Shown here: positions 20,001 through 31,100 of the stretch, in pieces
Layout of the letters: every line of letters starts with the position of its first letter
How positions within the stretch are numbered: the first letter of the stretch is position 1
DNA from: an uncultured virus (IMG/VR IMGVR_UViG_3300048547_000618)
Lineage: Duplodnaviria > Heunggongvirae > Uroviricota > Caudoviricetes
DNA: 64,000 bases
Virus record (IMG/VR): IMGVR_UViG_3300048547_000618
Reading direction: 5' to 3' (one strand)
Notes under the pieces: model-generated
What the model saw: only the letters and a program-made list of their open reading frames with translations
What the model was told of the DNA's origin: nothing
The model's database searches: none
Program-made: the position numbers and the translations under genes

Positions 20001-21695
20001 ACCTTGAATGCCTTGAACGCCTTGAACACCTTGGTTACCTTGAACACCAACTGGGCCAGCAGGTACGAATGAAAAATGAGTTTTTGTTCCATGAGTTGAT
20101 GCAACAGTTTGCCAGTCAGTAACGTTACCGTCAATGTAAACTACGTTGAAGTAGCCCCAGTTTTTAGCACCGCTATCCCAAGTCCAATCTGTAATTTCGT
20201 ACATTACAAAATGGTGACCGCCGATACCGCTAGCACCCGTAGGTCTGTTTTTAATTACCAAATAGCCTTTAGGAGTTGCAGTCTGACCATCAATGAAATC
20301 GTAAAATGCATCAATTTGTGTTGTGAATTGATCTGCGGGAATATCATCGATGGTTAGGATTGTTGCGGTTGTTGGGTTTGAGTTGTTAATTTTCCAACTG
20401 TTAACTCCAGGATCTGTGCTTGGAGTCGTTGAAGCGTTAAAGTTAAAGTCAAACGAAAAACCGCCATCAATACCGATAAAGCCTTGTAGACCTTGAGCAC
20501 CCTGTGATCCAGTGAAACCTTGAATACCTTGAATACCTTGAAAGGCTTGAGGACCTTGAATACCTTGAATACCTTGGAACGCCTGTGGGCCTTGTATACC
20601 TTGAATGCCTTGGTCACCATTACGGGTAAATGTTATTCGTAAGTCCGCTCCATTTGTGTAACTTGTTTCACCAAACAAATATGTAATGCCCAATCTCCAA
20701 TACCCAGTGGCATCTGTAATTGAGTCAATACGATAAGTAGTATATTTAGTAACATCAGCACCATTTATAACTTTGAAGTAACCCTTAACGGATCCTCCAA
20801 TTCCAGCATATTCACCTAAGAGAGCATCCATAACATTGACAGCAGCATCATCTTCGTCGTCAATATACATTTCCATTGAAACACTGTTTAGTGCTGTGTT
20901 ATTAAAACGAATAATACCCGTTCCTGGGTCTGCATCAGTTGTAGTATTATCATACGTGTAATCAAAAGTCAATCCACCAAAATCGCCAGTATCACCTTGG
21001 ATACCAGTAAAACCTTGGATACCTTGAACACCTTGGAATGCTTGCGGGCCTTGAACACCTTGATTACCAGTAAAACCTTGAATGCCTTGAACACCCTGGA
21101 ATGCCTGAGGTCCTTGAACACCTTGAACGCCTTGTGTACCTTGGTTGCCAGTAAAGCCTTGAAGACCCTGTGTACCTTGTAATCCTTGAACGCCTTGGAC
21201 ACCTCTATCACCGCGCGAACCTTGAATACCTTCTTCACCAATTGTACCTTGAGCCCCTTGTGGGCCTATACTACCTTGAATACCTTGGACACCGCGAAAC
21301 GTTCCAATGTTTACCCAGTTTGTACCATCCCAAATCCACAACTCATCGTCAGCTTCATCAATAACACCTTCACCAATATTTGGTGATGGGAATGCTGTAG
21401 TAAGAGTTGTTTGTGGATTTCCTCCCGCATCAACGTCAGGAACAGATCCTAGGATTGTAAATCCTGGACCATATGTACCTTGAATACCTTGGATCCCGTT
21501 GTTACCTTGAATACCGATTGTGCCTTGCGCACCGGATCCAACGTCAACCCATGCAGTGCCATTTGAAACATAAACAACACCGTCGTCTCCGTAAACTAAT
21601 GCACCTTTAAATGGTGCTGGATCTAAGGCAATAGGAGTAGGTAACGGCCGACCTTGTCCTATTATTTTTCCGCCTGCGAGAGAATTAAAAGCCAT
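17058..21695 (-). CDS. Collagen-like fibre (1545 aa) with four globular repeat domains and C-terminal S74 chaperone
   Basis: Long (Gly-X-Gln)n tracts and four GGx(T/S)Fx(Y/F) domains. The C-terminus has SDARTKEN...GVIAQEIQEVVPEVV...VSYGNLAGLFIEA. Confidence 0.9.
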   Translation of the reverse strand: MAFNSLAGGKIIGQGRPLPTPIALDPAPFKGALVYGDDGVVYVSNGTAWVDVGSGAQGTIGIQGNNGIQGIQGTYGPGFTILGSVPDVDAGGNPQTTLTTAFPSPNIGEGVIDEADDELWIWDGTNWVNIGTFRGVQGIQGSIGPQGAQGTIGEEGIQGSRGDRGVQGVQGLQGTQGLQGFTGNQGTQGVQGVQGPQAFQGVQGIQGFTGNQGVQGPQAFQGVQGIQGFTGIQGDTGDFGGLTFDYTYDNTTTDADPGTGIIRFNNTALNSVSMEMYIDDEDDAAVNVMDALLGEYAGIGGSVKGYFKVINGADVTKYTTYRIDSITDATGYWRLGITYLFGETSYTNGADLRITFTRNGDQGIQGIQGPQAFQGIQGIQGPQAFQGIQGIQGFTGSQGAQGLQGFIGIDGGFSFDFNFNASTTPSTDPGVNSWKINNSNPTTATILTIDDIPADQFTTQIDAFYDFIDGQTATPKGYLVIKNRPTGASGIGGHHFVMYEITDWTWDSGAKNWGYFNVVYIDGNVTDWQTVASTHGTKTHFSFVPAGPVGVQGNQGVQGVQGIQGDFGPQGFTGIQGNTGIQGNFGPQGIQGFTGDTGIQGAQGVQGLQGVQGVQGVQGVQGTQGVQGVQGVQGYTGVSGGITFTYNYNTTSNVATDPGSQIFRLNNNTYASVTEIFVDAEAGPGPVDLSTLYNSFDAVTGPYKSILRIVDPANTEQFLLYKVKDITDNTGWFTLSVEYVTHNGMVYSDGDATLWTFSEVGAQGVQGPQAFQGVQGIQGEILQGAQGFTGDTGLQGVQGIQGDFGPAGEFGGMTFSYEFDTDNTATDFTGFGKVKFNNSNLALATAMYIDDRDINFVDIQAFFRSMDEPTSAVKGFVRIIDAFTTSDYAAFEITEITEASGYFQIDVTFSVASQTAWNAAEPVKITFSRTGDAGTDGAQGVQGIQGNDGTGGSQGTTGAQGITGFGFQGIQGIQGNDGNDGFGFTGTQGTQGVQGIQGFSGTDGDDGEAGLQGVQGIQGNDGNDGLQGADGVQGISGSDGFGGVGVQGNQGVQGLQGEGPQGVQGIQGALGFGSQGIQGIQGFTGSQGIAAEEGGTGAQGFTGGQGVQGFQGVGIQGVQGIQGESGDAIQGVQGNQGFTGSGSSGIQGNDGIQGPQGIDGDLGNEGPQGTQGFTGGQGIQGTDGTGNVGPQGIQGSQGPQGLQGFSGLVGGAGPQGIQGDQGVQGFTGANGTGADGVQGVQGIQGDFGPQGVQGVTGTGNAGVQGSQGIQGILGNEGPQGVQGLQGTAEASEIITNNVHTADVSLQNAALFPAMVEGGGGAEPPYTTAGINPGSESNFYYISSEDKLYVENMQVEGNIQLTGTLNGGSGDFLQADVADTKTTGDLTFSSNVAAVFGPVNTSKVYYKSADGKMHIEQKSSVTSLIITEDNAGTITTNFELTNSSGNLTVRGNVNSTSDARTKENVVTVDNALDKVTKLRGVYFDKIDNPGTRYLGVIAQEIQEVVPEVVLDNGPDTMLSVSYGNLAGLFIEALKELKKEVDEIKGL

Positions 21696-22117
21696 TATAC
21701 GTCATCCTCCTCCGATTGACCTAATGTAAAGGACAATGTGGAATGAAGAGCTAAGTTTGTGTCACACTTAACTTCTAAACGATCACCTGATTTAAAAAAC
21801 TGACCATTAATTGGAATTGGTACAGTGTCAAACCCAGGTACAGGAAAATTATTTAAAATATAAAAATAATCCCCAGATACATATCTAAATGCTTGTAAAT
21901 CTACATAAACCGTATTGGCTGTGTAATTACATAACATTAAAGGGGAAATAACTTCGCCTACCCCGCTTTCGACTGTAGTAGATCCACCAAATACAAGTTC
22001 CGGAACTTCATAATCTGGTACTTCAATGATGACTTGCCAATTTGTAGTTACTTCTAAATTGGAAGCGACCGGTTTTGCGTCGGGCGCCTGTGATGTTGTA
22101 ATTGTTGTGTATGCCAT
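21695..22117 (-). CDS. Small virion structural protein (140 aa)
   Basis: Translationally coupled (TAATG overlaps) to both neighbours; beta-rich. Function is inferred from context. Confidence 0.65.
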   Translation of the reverse strand: MAYTTITTSQAPDAKPVASNLEVTTNWQVIIEVPDYEVPELVFGGSTTVESGVGEVISPLMLCNYTANTVYVDLQAFRYVSGDYFYILNNFPVPGFDTVPIPINGQFFKSGDRLEVKCDTNLALHSTLSFTLGQSEEDDV

Positions 22118-25100
22118 TAGATGCTTGCCCTACTTTGTGATGCTCTTCTTGCAAGTTTTCTTACTGACGATGTAAACGGACGACCTTCAATTCGACCTGT
22201 TCTACCGTTAATTCTAAGACCTCTTGCGAAGTATTGGTTATTCAATTCGTCGGCGCCTGACCAACGAGTTCTGCCACCGTCTTCAGCTATCACCGAGGCC
22301 GATGCTGAAATTGCAGCGCCAAGGTTTCTGAAGTTTAGTGGTAATGCTGTTCTGTTAACACCAGCTGATGCTCCGTTAAACTGGTGAGCAATTGACTCGA
22401 CGAGTGCTCCAAACGTTAGGTTTGCTGGTCTTAATGTTGTTGCAATCAAGCAATCATTAAATAGACCATCAAGCATTGTATTTGTAGCTGCGTTTGGCGA
22501 AAGGTTAGTTTTAATATATGTATTCATTCTTTCCCACGCTTTATAGAAGCTATATAATAGATCCACGTTATTTGCTCCGTCGTTTACCCATACTGTTCCG
22601 TTCCAGTAATATATATCGCCATCATACCTATTGCCTGCGGCATAGTTCGTAGTTGATACTATATACGCATTATTTATCTTATCAGTCGCAGGCAGATCTC
22701 CGGTATTCTGAACTGTTCCTATAAAATTTAGACCTCGTTTGCCAGATGTTGGATTAAATACAGGGAACACGTGCATTGCGTTTCCATCAAAGAGGGAAGC
22801 AGCAAATGTTCTTATAGATTGTTGTGAACCTTCCACTGTTGTTAAAACTTGAGTAGATGGATTAATTGTGTTACTTACAAATTCAAAGTCTTGTTTCAAC
22901 GATGTGAGTAAGTTACCTGCGTCACGGCGTGTAAGATTAACATCGTAGAACTTATATTCTTTTCCGATAAATCCTTGTACTGAATATTGTAATTTCTTTC
23001 TACGATTAATAAGAATACGTCTTGCGAAAGAATATGTATCAACATCTGCATAATCAAAATCAGGATATTCAAGAGGTGGTAGTCCTCTCTTAGGTCCATC
23101 TTCAAACAGTATATTAAAGAATATTAATCCAAGCTCATAAGCATGTTTTGATTCTTCAACTGTTGAAACGTCACCTTTAATAACCTGCCCTGGATAATCT
23201 CCTAGTACAACCTGTCTACAAATTTCAGCCAATTGTTTATATGCTGATGCTGTTGGCAATCTTTGTGACTCGGGAAGTCTTGCTGTGTTATTCCAATAAT
23301 AGAAATCAGCATTCCATCTTGATGCGAGGTTACCACCGTAATTAAGATCGTGGCTAATTGCATCGAGTAAATAATTACCGTCTCTGTAACATTTTGCTTT
23401 ATCGTAATCAAGAACGTCGTAATTTGTATTGATCCAAGTTGTAACATCATCGGCCAATTCATCAAGATTTTCTTCAATAAGATCAGCTGCCCAAACCAAA
23501 CTGTTATCGACCCAAGATGTATCAGGCTCGATAAGCTCAGGCATTGCATCTAAAGTATCACGGCGAATTACTTCTTCAATATGAGTAATCATATCTTGAG
23601 CCCATTCACCTTCAACCGCGGTACCGCCCGCAACTGGAGTTGCCATACCTGGAACAGTAGCTGTGTTTGCAGTTGCAATACCTTGTACTAATAATCCCAT
23701 TTCAGCATAGAAGTCTGCAGTTTGTTGTCTTTGGTCAAACGGTAAGATGCTCAATCCATTTACGAAGTACAATTCTGAGGATCTTATTGTTGCATAGTTT
23801 GTTGCGTATTGAACATCGTGTGAAATTGCATCAACAAGACCTCCAACATCTCTACGACATTTTTCCTTAGCATAACTGATACCATTGTATGTTTTTGAAA
23901 TATAGTTAATCATATCCTTGGACAATTCAACGGTATTATTTTCAATTAGTTCTTTTTCTGCAACAAGTCTTGCTGGTACCCAATCTAATTTTGGTTGGAT
24001 CATTTGAGGCAAGTTAACTGGTGTTGCATCATCTGAAATATCTGCAATCATTGCTGCGAGAGCTTTTGCTTCGTTTGCAATAGATCTTCTTGCTGGCGTA
24101 TACGATTTCCATTGGGTTTCAGTATTACCGATAACTTTAGAAATTGCATTGAGTGAAGCTCTTACAAATGTATGAGCACCAGCATAATTAGCTTTTAGGT
24201 CAGACAATGTAATAGTTGTAGCAGTTCTTGCTGAAATCCTCCAAGGAGTTTGATATGCAGGATCTTGAACTCGTGGATGAGCAATTTCAACCGAAGCACC
24301 GCAATCTAACACAATACTTTCTGGGGCAAACAAAATATAATCGTCAACCTTAAGATCATGTCCTGCACCGAGAGTAATTACCATTGTGCCGGCAACACCG
24401 TCATAAACAACATTGGTTGGAGTAAATTCTTGTCCTGTTTTAATATCAACTTCTTCGTTTCTAACAACTCTTCGAACCACTTCAGCCATATGTTCAAATG
24501 CAAGTTTAGTTGCATCTCTTTGTTTCATTGGCAGGATTGAAACCGCGTTGGCAAAATACAAACCTGCATTACCAACTGTTGCTGAGTTACCACCGTATTG
24601 AATATCATGTGAAATACCATCAATAATAAATCCAGTATCGCGGCGACATTTGTCTTGGTCGTACTGAAGATAGTTGAAGTTTTCTTTGAGATAGTTAACA
24701 ACTCCTGCCTGAATAATTGGCTTACGAGTATCAAAGATTGCGACGTCAACGATATAACCAGCTGCGCCTGCTCCTGTCAAACCACGTGGCTCAACTTCAT
24801 CAGGCATATTGATTAAAGTATTTTCTGCAACAGCGCGAGCAATTATTTTAACTAAGTCTTCTGCTTCTTGCGCAACTGCAACAGTCACTGTCCCAAATGA
24901 TTGTGAAACATTTTCTGCATTACCACTTGTTGGTGTTACAGTTTGTTTAAGAAGGATTGCTTCAACTAAAGTTGCCATTTGATTGTACCACGCTGCAGCT
25001 TCAGCTCTTTGTGAAGCAGGTAGTCCAACTTGTACGCCATTTTCAAAGTATAGTTTAGCAACGTTACGAGTTGCGGTATTACTACCGTTCATTAAGTCCC

Positions 25101-28100
25101 AAGTTAATGCATCAACGATAAACCCTGTATCTCTACGGCATTTTGCTTGATCGTATACCAAGGATGGATACTCTTGTGTGATCCATGCAATTGCTTCTTC
25201 TTGAAGGAATGTTCTGTTAAACTGCATACCTTGCTCGGTGGATACTGAGCCTAATGTATACCAAGAGTCACCATATTCGTAATTAGTTCCATCCGCTGTA
25301 TAGTCATTAGTCATTGCGTCGTAAACATTGTTAAACGCCGCAGTAGTACGAGATAATGCTGTACCTGTCAATTGAGCTTCAAGATCTCTTTGAGCATATT
25401 TGAGTGACTCAATAGTTTCCGCAAGCTGTTCTTCAATTACTTTTTCTGCAAGTGGGTTACCTACACGATATGCTTTACCATTGTACTTAGAGTTATAGTC
25501 AGAACCGGTTTGAACATCTCTCTTAACCGCGTCAACAATAAATCCAACATCCCTTGCACACTTACCTTCGTTGATTGTAAAGAATTGTTCATCAATAAAG
25601 TTGATAACTTCTTCCTGAATAAACTCGCGGTTTTTCTGTAACGCTTTCCGTGCAAATGTTCTGCTTGGCTCCATTAATGGCGCATTGGTTACAGCAGGAA
25701 CATTAACTGGCGAATTATCATCAGCTATTGAAGAAATAACATTTACAAGGTTCTTAGCAGTTAATGCGGTAGAAGCACTAGCAGCAGTCCCTGAAGTGTT
25801 TTGTACCGTTACATTTCCTGTGGTTGGGGTGACTGTGGTTTCTTGAATAATAGCCTCTACAACGTTTGCTAGATGTTCAAACGCGGCCTTAGTTGGGGCT
25901 CTTTGATATAGAGGTAAGACGTTGATTGCGTTCTCAAAATAGTAAGCGGCAGCCCATGCTGTTGCGGCGTTACCACCGTATTCCATGTCTTCTGCAACCG
26001 CATCAACAATATATCCTGCATCACGTGGACATTTGGATACATCGTAACCAAGTCCGTTATATGCTTCAGTAATATGGTCAATAATTTCAGTTTGGTATTT
26101 TGCTTTATTTCCCCAAACTTTATCAGCATCAGCAATTAATGCAACGCCGTATGTTGCTGGCAGTGTAAAGATTGCCTCGGTAACTGCAACCATTTCGCCA
26201 TCATTGTTACGCAATGTTTGACCGATATCTTCAAACATTTTAACCGCACGATTAGCAACAGCAGGTTTAATAGATCTTCTTACACCGTTTACAGTAGCAC
26301 TTACGAATGTATGTACTTTATCAACTCCAGCAGCGCCAACGTTACAAGTTACAGTGTCGGCAGTAACTTCATCAATATATACTGGTGTATTCCACACTGG
26401 GTCTGTTGGTCTTGGGTGTGCTAGGTTAAATGTAATACCGTTTACATCTTTACAAGACAATGTAATTGCGCCTTCGTCGAAGATTAACCAATCGCCTGCA
26501 GCAAATCTATGTCTGTTTCCAAGTGTCATAGTCATACGACCTGTCATATGATCGTAGAATACATCAGTTGGCGTATAAGCTTCAGGCATATTTGCGGCTC
26601 TTACCGCGTCAGTTGTTGCGCTTACGAATGTATGTGCATCTGTATTTGTTCCTGCTGTACCTGCATTCACTGTTACAGTAGTTGCAGTATTTGCAGTTAC
26701 GATAAATGTTCCTTTATAATTTGGATCATTTACATTTGGATGAGAGTCTTGTCCGCCACCGTTAAATGCACAACTAAATGTAATTCCTGCTGGGTCAATT
26801 GAAAGACGGTCACCTTCGGCAAATGTATGGGAACCGATTGTGACTTCCATAATTCCAGTTACAGGATCGTATGTTGCACCTGTTGGTGTATATGCTGCTT
26901 CAGCTGTCAATACTTGAGCTGTGTTAGATGTTAGTTCGATAACATTTTCGCCACGAATAACTTGACCTACCAAATTGGCGATAAAGTTATATGCTTCTGA
27001 AGTTGGAACAATTTCGTCATCAGCCAAAACTGGCATTGCATTTTCAAAATACAGTCTTGTGTTATTTACTGTAGCTGCGTTACCACCGTGTTGAATATCA
27101 TATGATACGGTATCAATGAATACTCCTAAGTCACGCTTACAAGCATCGTATGCGTAAACAAACCCAGGATAGTTTGTTGCGAGCCAACCAATAACTTCTT
27201 CTTGGATAAACTGTTTATTTGTTTGTAATGCAACTCTTGCGTGGTATGCGTCAAGCTCGGTTGCTTGTACACCAAAATCAATTGGATCCGAACTTGCGTT
27301 ACCATTTTGCATAATATCAATGATATCATCAAATGCAGCGTTAGAGCGAGCAATTGCAGTTGCGTCTGTTAAGACTTCAGTTGCAATTTTATTTTTGAGC
27401 CAAGTGATTGCGCCAACAGTTTCTGTAAGCTGATTATTAATAACGTTGTTAGCACCTACAGTACCAATACGATATCCTTGTCCTACATAAATTGAGTTGA
27501 CGTTTGATCCAGTTGCGATATCTCTTGCGACAGCATTTAGGATATAACCTGTATCTCTCATGCACTTATCTTTGTTATAGATAAAGTAATTGGCTTCCAT
27601 GTATGCGCCGATTTCATTTTGTAAGAATACTTTATTTGCTCTTAATTGATCCGCTGCGTTTCTACCTTCGGTTGTTGAGCTAACTTTCATAATTGCGCCA
27701 GCTTCAGCACTTACAAACGTATGAGCACCAGTATATGTACCTGCACTGCCAACGTTAAATGTAAATGTATTTGTTGTGACGGCTGTTACCGCAAGTGGCT
27801 TACCGTAATTTGGTTCGCCAATTCTTGGATTAGAATCGTTTGCAACGCCTCCGCCAGTACCTGGGTCACAACTAAATGTCATGCCAAGCGGTTTCATTTC
27901 AACATGATCATTTGTTGTTAAACCGTGGTTAGGAACTGTTGCAACCATATCGCCTGTCACAGGATCGTATGTTGCAGTTGTCGGTGTAAGCCAATCTGTA
28001 ATCTTAGCTGCGTCAGTAAAGTATGAAACATTTGTATCAATTGCATGCGGTAAGGCTGATACAAAGGTATGAGCTGTGTTTGCAGAGTATTGATAACCTG

Positions 28101-31100
28101 CTCCGCCGTTTCCTACGTTAACTGTAATCCATTCGTCAGACACATCTGTAATTCTAACAATTTGTTTAAACGCTGGATCGGTTCTTCTTGGATATGCATG
28201 TTCAGTTAAATTGTTATCATGATCGCAAGTAAAGGTAATTCCTTCACCTTTGATTTTAATCCATCTGCCAACAGGTAAACTGTGTTGACCGATTTTAACA
28301 TCAAGCTGTCCAGTGTTTGCGCTGTAAGTTGCATCAATTGGAGTAAACGCACCGGTATAAAACGATGCTTTCTTAATTGCATTTGGTTTGGAGCCGACGA
28401 ATGTATGAGCTCCTGTGTAACCGTTTCCGTCACCGGTGTTAACTGTTATCGTGTTGGCAGTTACTGCAGTAATTGTTAATGCAACATTATAAGCAGGATC
28501 TGTAAGTCTTGGATATGTAGCCTCTTCAACACCATTTCCATTATCACAACTATATGTTACTGACATTGGGTCAATCATAATTGTATCGCCAATTATGAAA
28601 TCATGACTTGCTCCAAAGTCAAACGTTGTAATACCAGTTACTGGATCATATGACGAGTCAGTTGGAGTAAATGCGTTGTTTAGCGGTTCTTGTTTTTGAA
28701 CACCATTTAGCAATCCTCTTACAAACGTATGAACGCCGGTGTATCCACCTGCTCCACCAACATTTGCAGTAATTGTTGTATCAGTTATGCCTGTAATTGT
28801 AATTGGTGTTTTATGCCATGGATCCGTGGTTCTTGGATGAGCAATTTCAACTGTGTCTGAAGTTGCGGTGTTAACACAGCTAAATGTAACTGCTCCTGTT
28901 TCCATTAAGAATTCGTCTCCAGTTTCAAAGTCATGCTCTCCGAGAGTCAATACTTGAACACCTGTGACTGGATCGTATGTTGCGTCTGTGATAGTATATT
29001 TTCTACCAGAGTTTTGCATAATATCAATAAGAGTATTAAAGGAGTCAGTTGCATGCTTTTCAGCAACTGGATCTGTAAGATCTTCCATCACTTCATCTCT
29101 TAAGTGAGAAAACGCGCCGATAGTTTCAGACAGTTGGTTATCAATAAGAAACTTGCCAGTTCCAGTACGATATGCAAAACCAGCTTGGATTGCATTGTAT
29201 GTGGAACCTGTTATCATATCTCTCTTAACTGCAGGTAAGATATACTCACTTGTGTCGCGTTGGCATTTATCGCTATCGTAGAAATACCATTCGTTTTCAG
29301 CCCAAGTCATCATATAGTCTTGGATGTACTCTCTATTAGCTTGTAGCAGCTTACGAGCGTTTCTCTTGTCTTCTGAAATTGAGGCATCGTCACTGAATGT
29401 GATTGACGTACCTAGAACAGATACTGAACTTTTTTCTGCACTTACGAATGTATGTGCACCTTTATATCCACCGCCGTCGCCAACGTTAACAGTAATTGTG
29501 TTGGCAGTTACTGCAGTAATTGGCAATAAAGCGCGATATGCCGGATCAGCTTTTGTTGGATGAATTTTAACAACCGTGTTTCCATCAGCTTCACAAGTAA
29601 ATTTAAAGCTGTTATCCATAAGTGTAATATAACGCCCAACAGTCAAACCGTGGTTCGCAATTGTAATTACAAACTCTCCAGTTGTGCCGTCGTAAGATGC
29701 ATTTGTTGGAGTAAATTTATCACCTTTATTATCAAGAATATCAATAACTTGATTAAACTTGTCGTAAAGTCTTGTGGAACCTAACGCAGTATTTCCATCA
29801 ATTAAGGTATCAGTTATGTCTCTTAAATATTTAAACGATCCAACGGTTTCATCTCTTTGGTTTTCAATTGAAACTTTTGCTTGTTTAAAATAATATGCAT
29901 TACCTGCTGTAACTGAGTTATAGTTTGTGTCAAGAACCATGTCCCATTTTGTTGCTGGCAAAATATACTCTTGAATATCGCGACGACATTTATTGCTATC
30001 GTAGGCAAAGAATTCATCGTTATTATCAATCCAATCCACCATTCCTTTGATGATAAGGTCGCGGTTATCTTGAATTAATTCACGAGCATTTGTTCTTGCC
30101 TCAACTCCAGTATCAGCAAAGATAAGAGTACTTTGATTTTCTACACCGTTATTAAGAATGTTAATTGTTTCATCAAGCGATCTGTCAACGCGAGTGTTAA
30201 CACTTGCATCCGCATTTCTAAACGCGTAATTAATATCTCCTTGCAGATGCTCAATTGCGCCTGCAGTTTCAGTAAGCTGTTCACCAACGACCACATATGA
30301 TATTGGCGACTGGTATGTAATTCCGTTTAGGCGACCCCAATAGTTTGTATCAAGAGCAACATCGTAACCTACGTTGTCAATAATAATACCTGTGTCTCTG
30401 CGACACTTCATTGAGTCATATCCTTGATAACCAAGACCACCGTTTGCGGTATTGGCATTTAAGTAACTTACCATATCTTCAATGATTGCATCTTTATTAT
30501 CAACAATAGCTTGAGCAAAATCAGTGTTACCAATTAGAGTTGCACTTGTTGAAGATGGTTGCACAACATTAGTTGTACCTTTAGCGCGCATTGATATATC
30601 GCCAAACTGAGTACCTGAGTTGTTCAAGGTCATCTGGCCACCGTTTAATGCATAGAACGCAGTACGAACAAAGATTGACAATGAACCAATTCCGTTAACA
30701 CCAGCACCGTCTCTAGCAACATAACCCATACCATTTTGAGTACGAGGAGTAAAGCCAAAACAAAGAACGTAAATATATAACGAGTCAGGATCAACTACTC
30801 TTCTATCGGCCAACAAACAACCGCCGCCGCGACCAACTAATCTGTTAGGGAAGTCATCAATACCAACTGTTTGGATTGTTCCTGTTGAACCTTGCTGTGT
30901 CATAAAAGTCATACCAGCCTTAACAGAACCCCAAGGTTTAATGTTACGAACATAAAGTTCGCGATCTGAATTGATATCGTCCGTCCAAGAAACAAACCCT
31001 GTTGCTCCATTTGAAAACTCAACTTCGTCGCCTTCAGCAAACAGCGCTTCAGCACTATGTCCTGGCTCCATTATAAGTTGAAGACCGAGATCAGCAATAG

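Noticed and set aside
17840..21540. Dense 9 bp-periodic repeats (accttgaat/accttgaac) resembling a tandem or CRISPR array
   Set aside because: They are the codons of the Gly-X-Gln collagen; there is no repeat-spacer structure and no cas genes.
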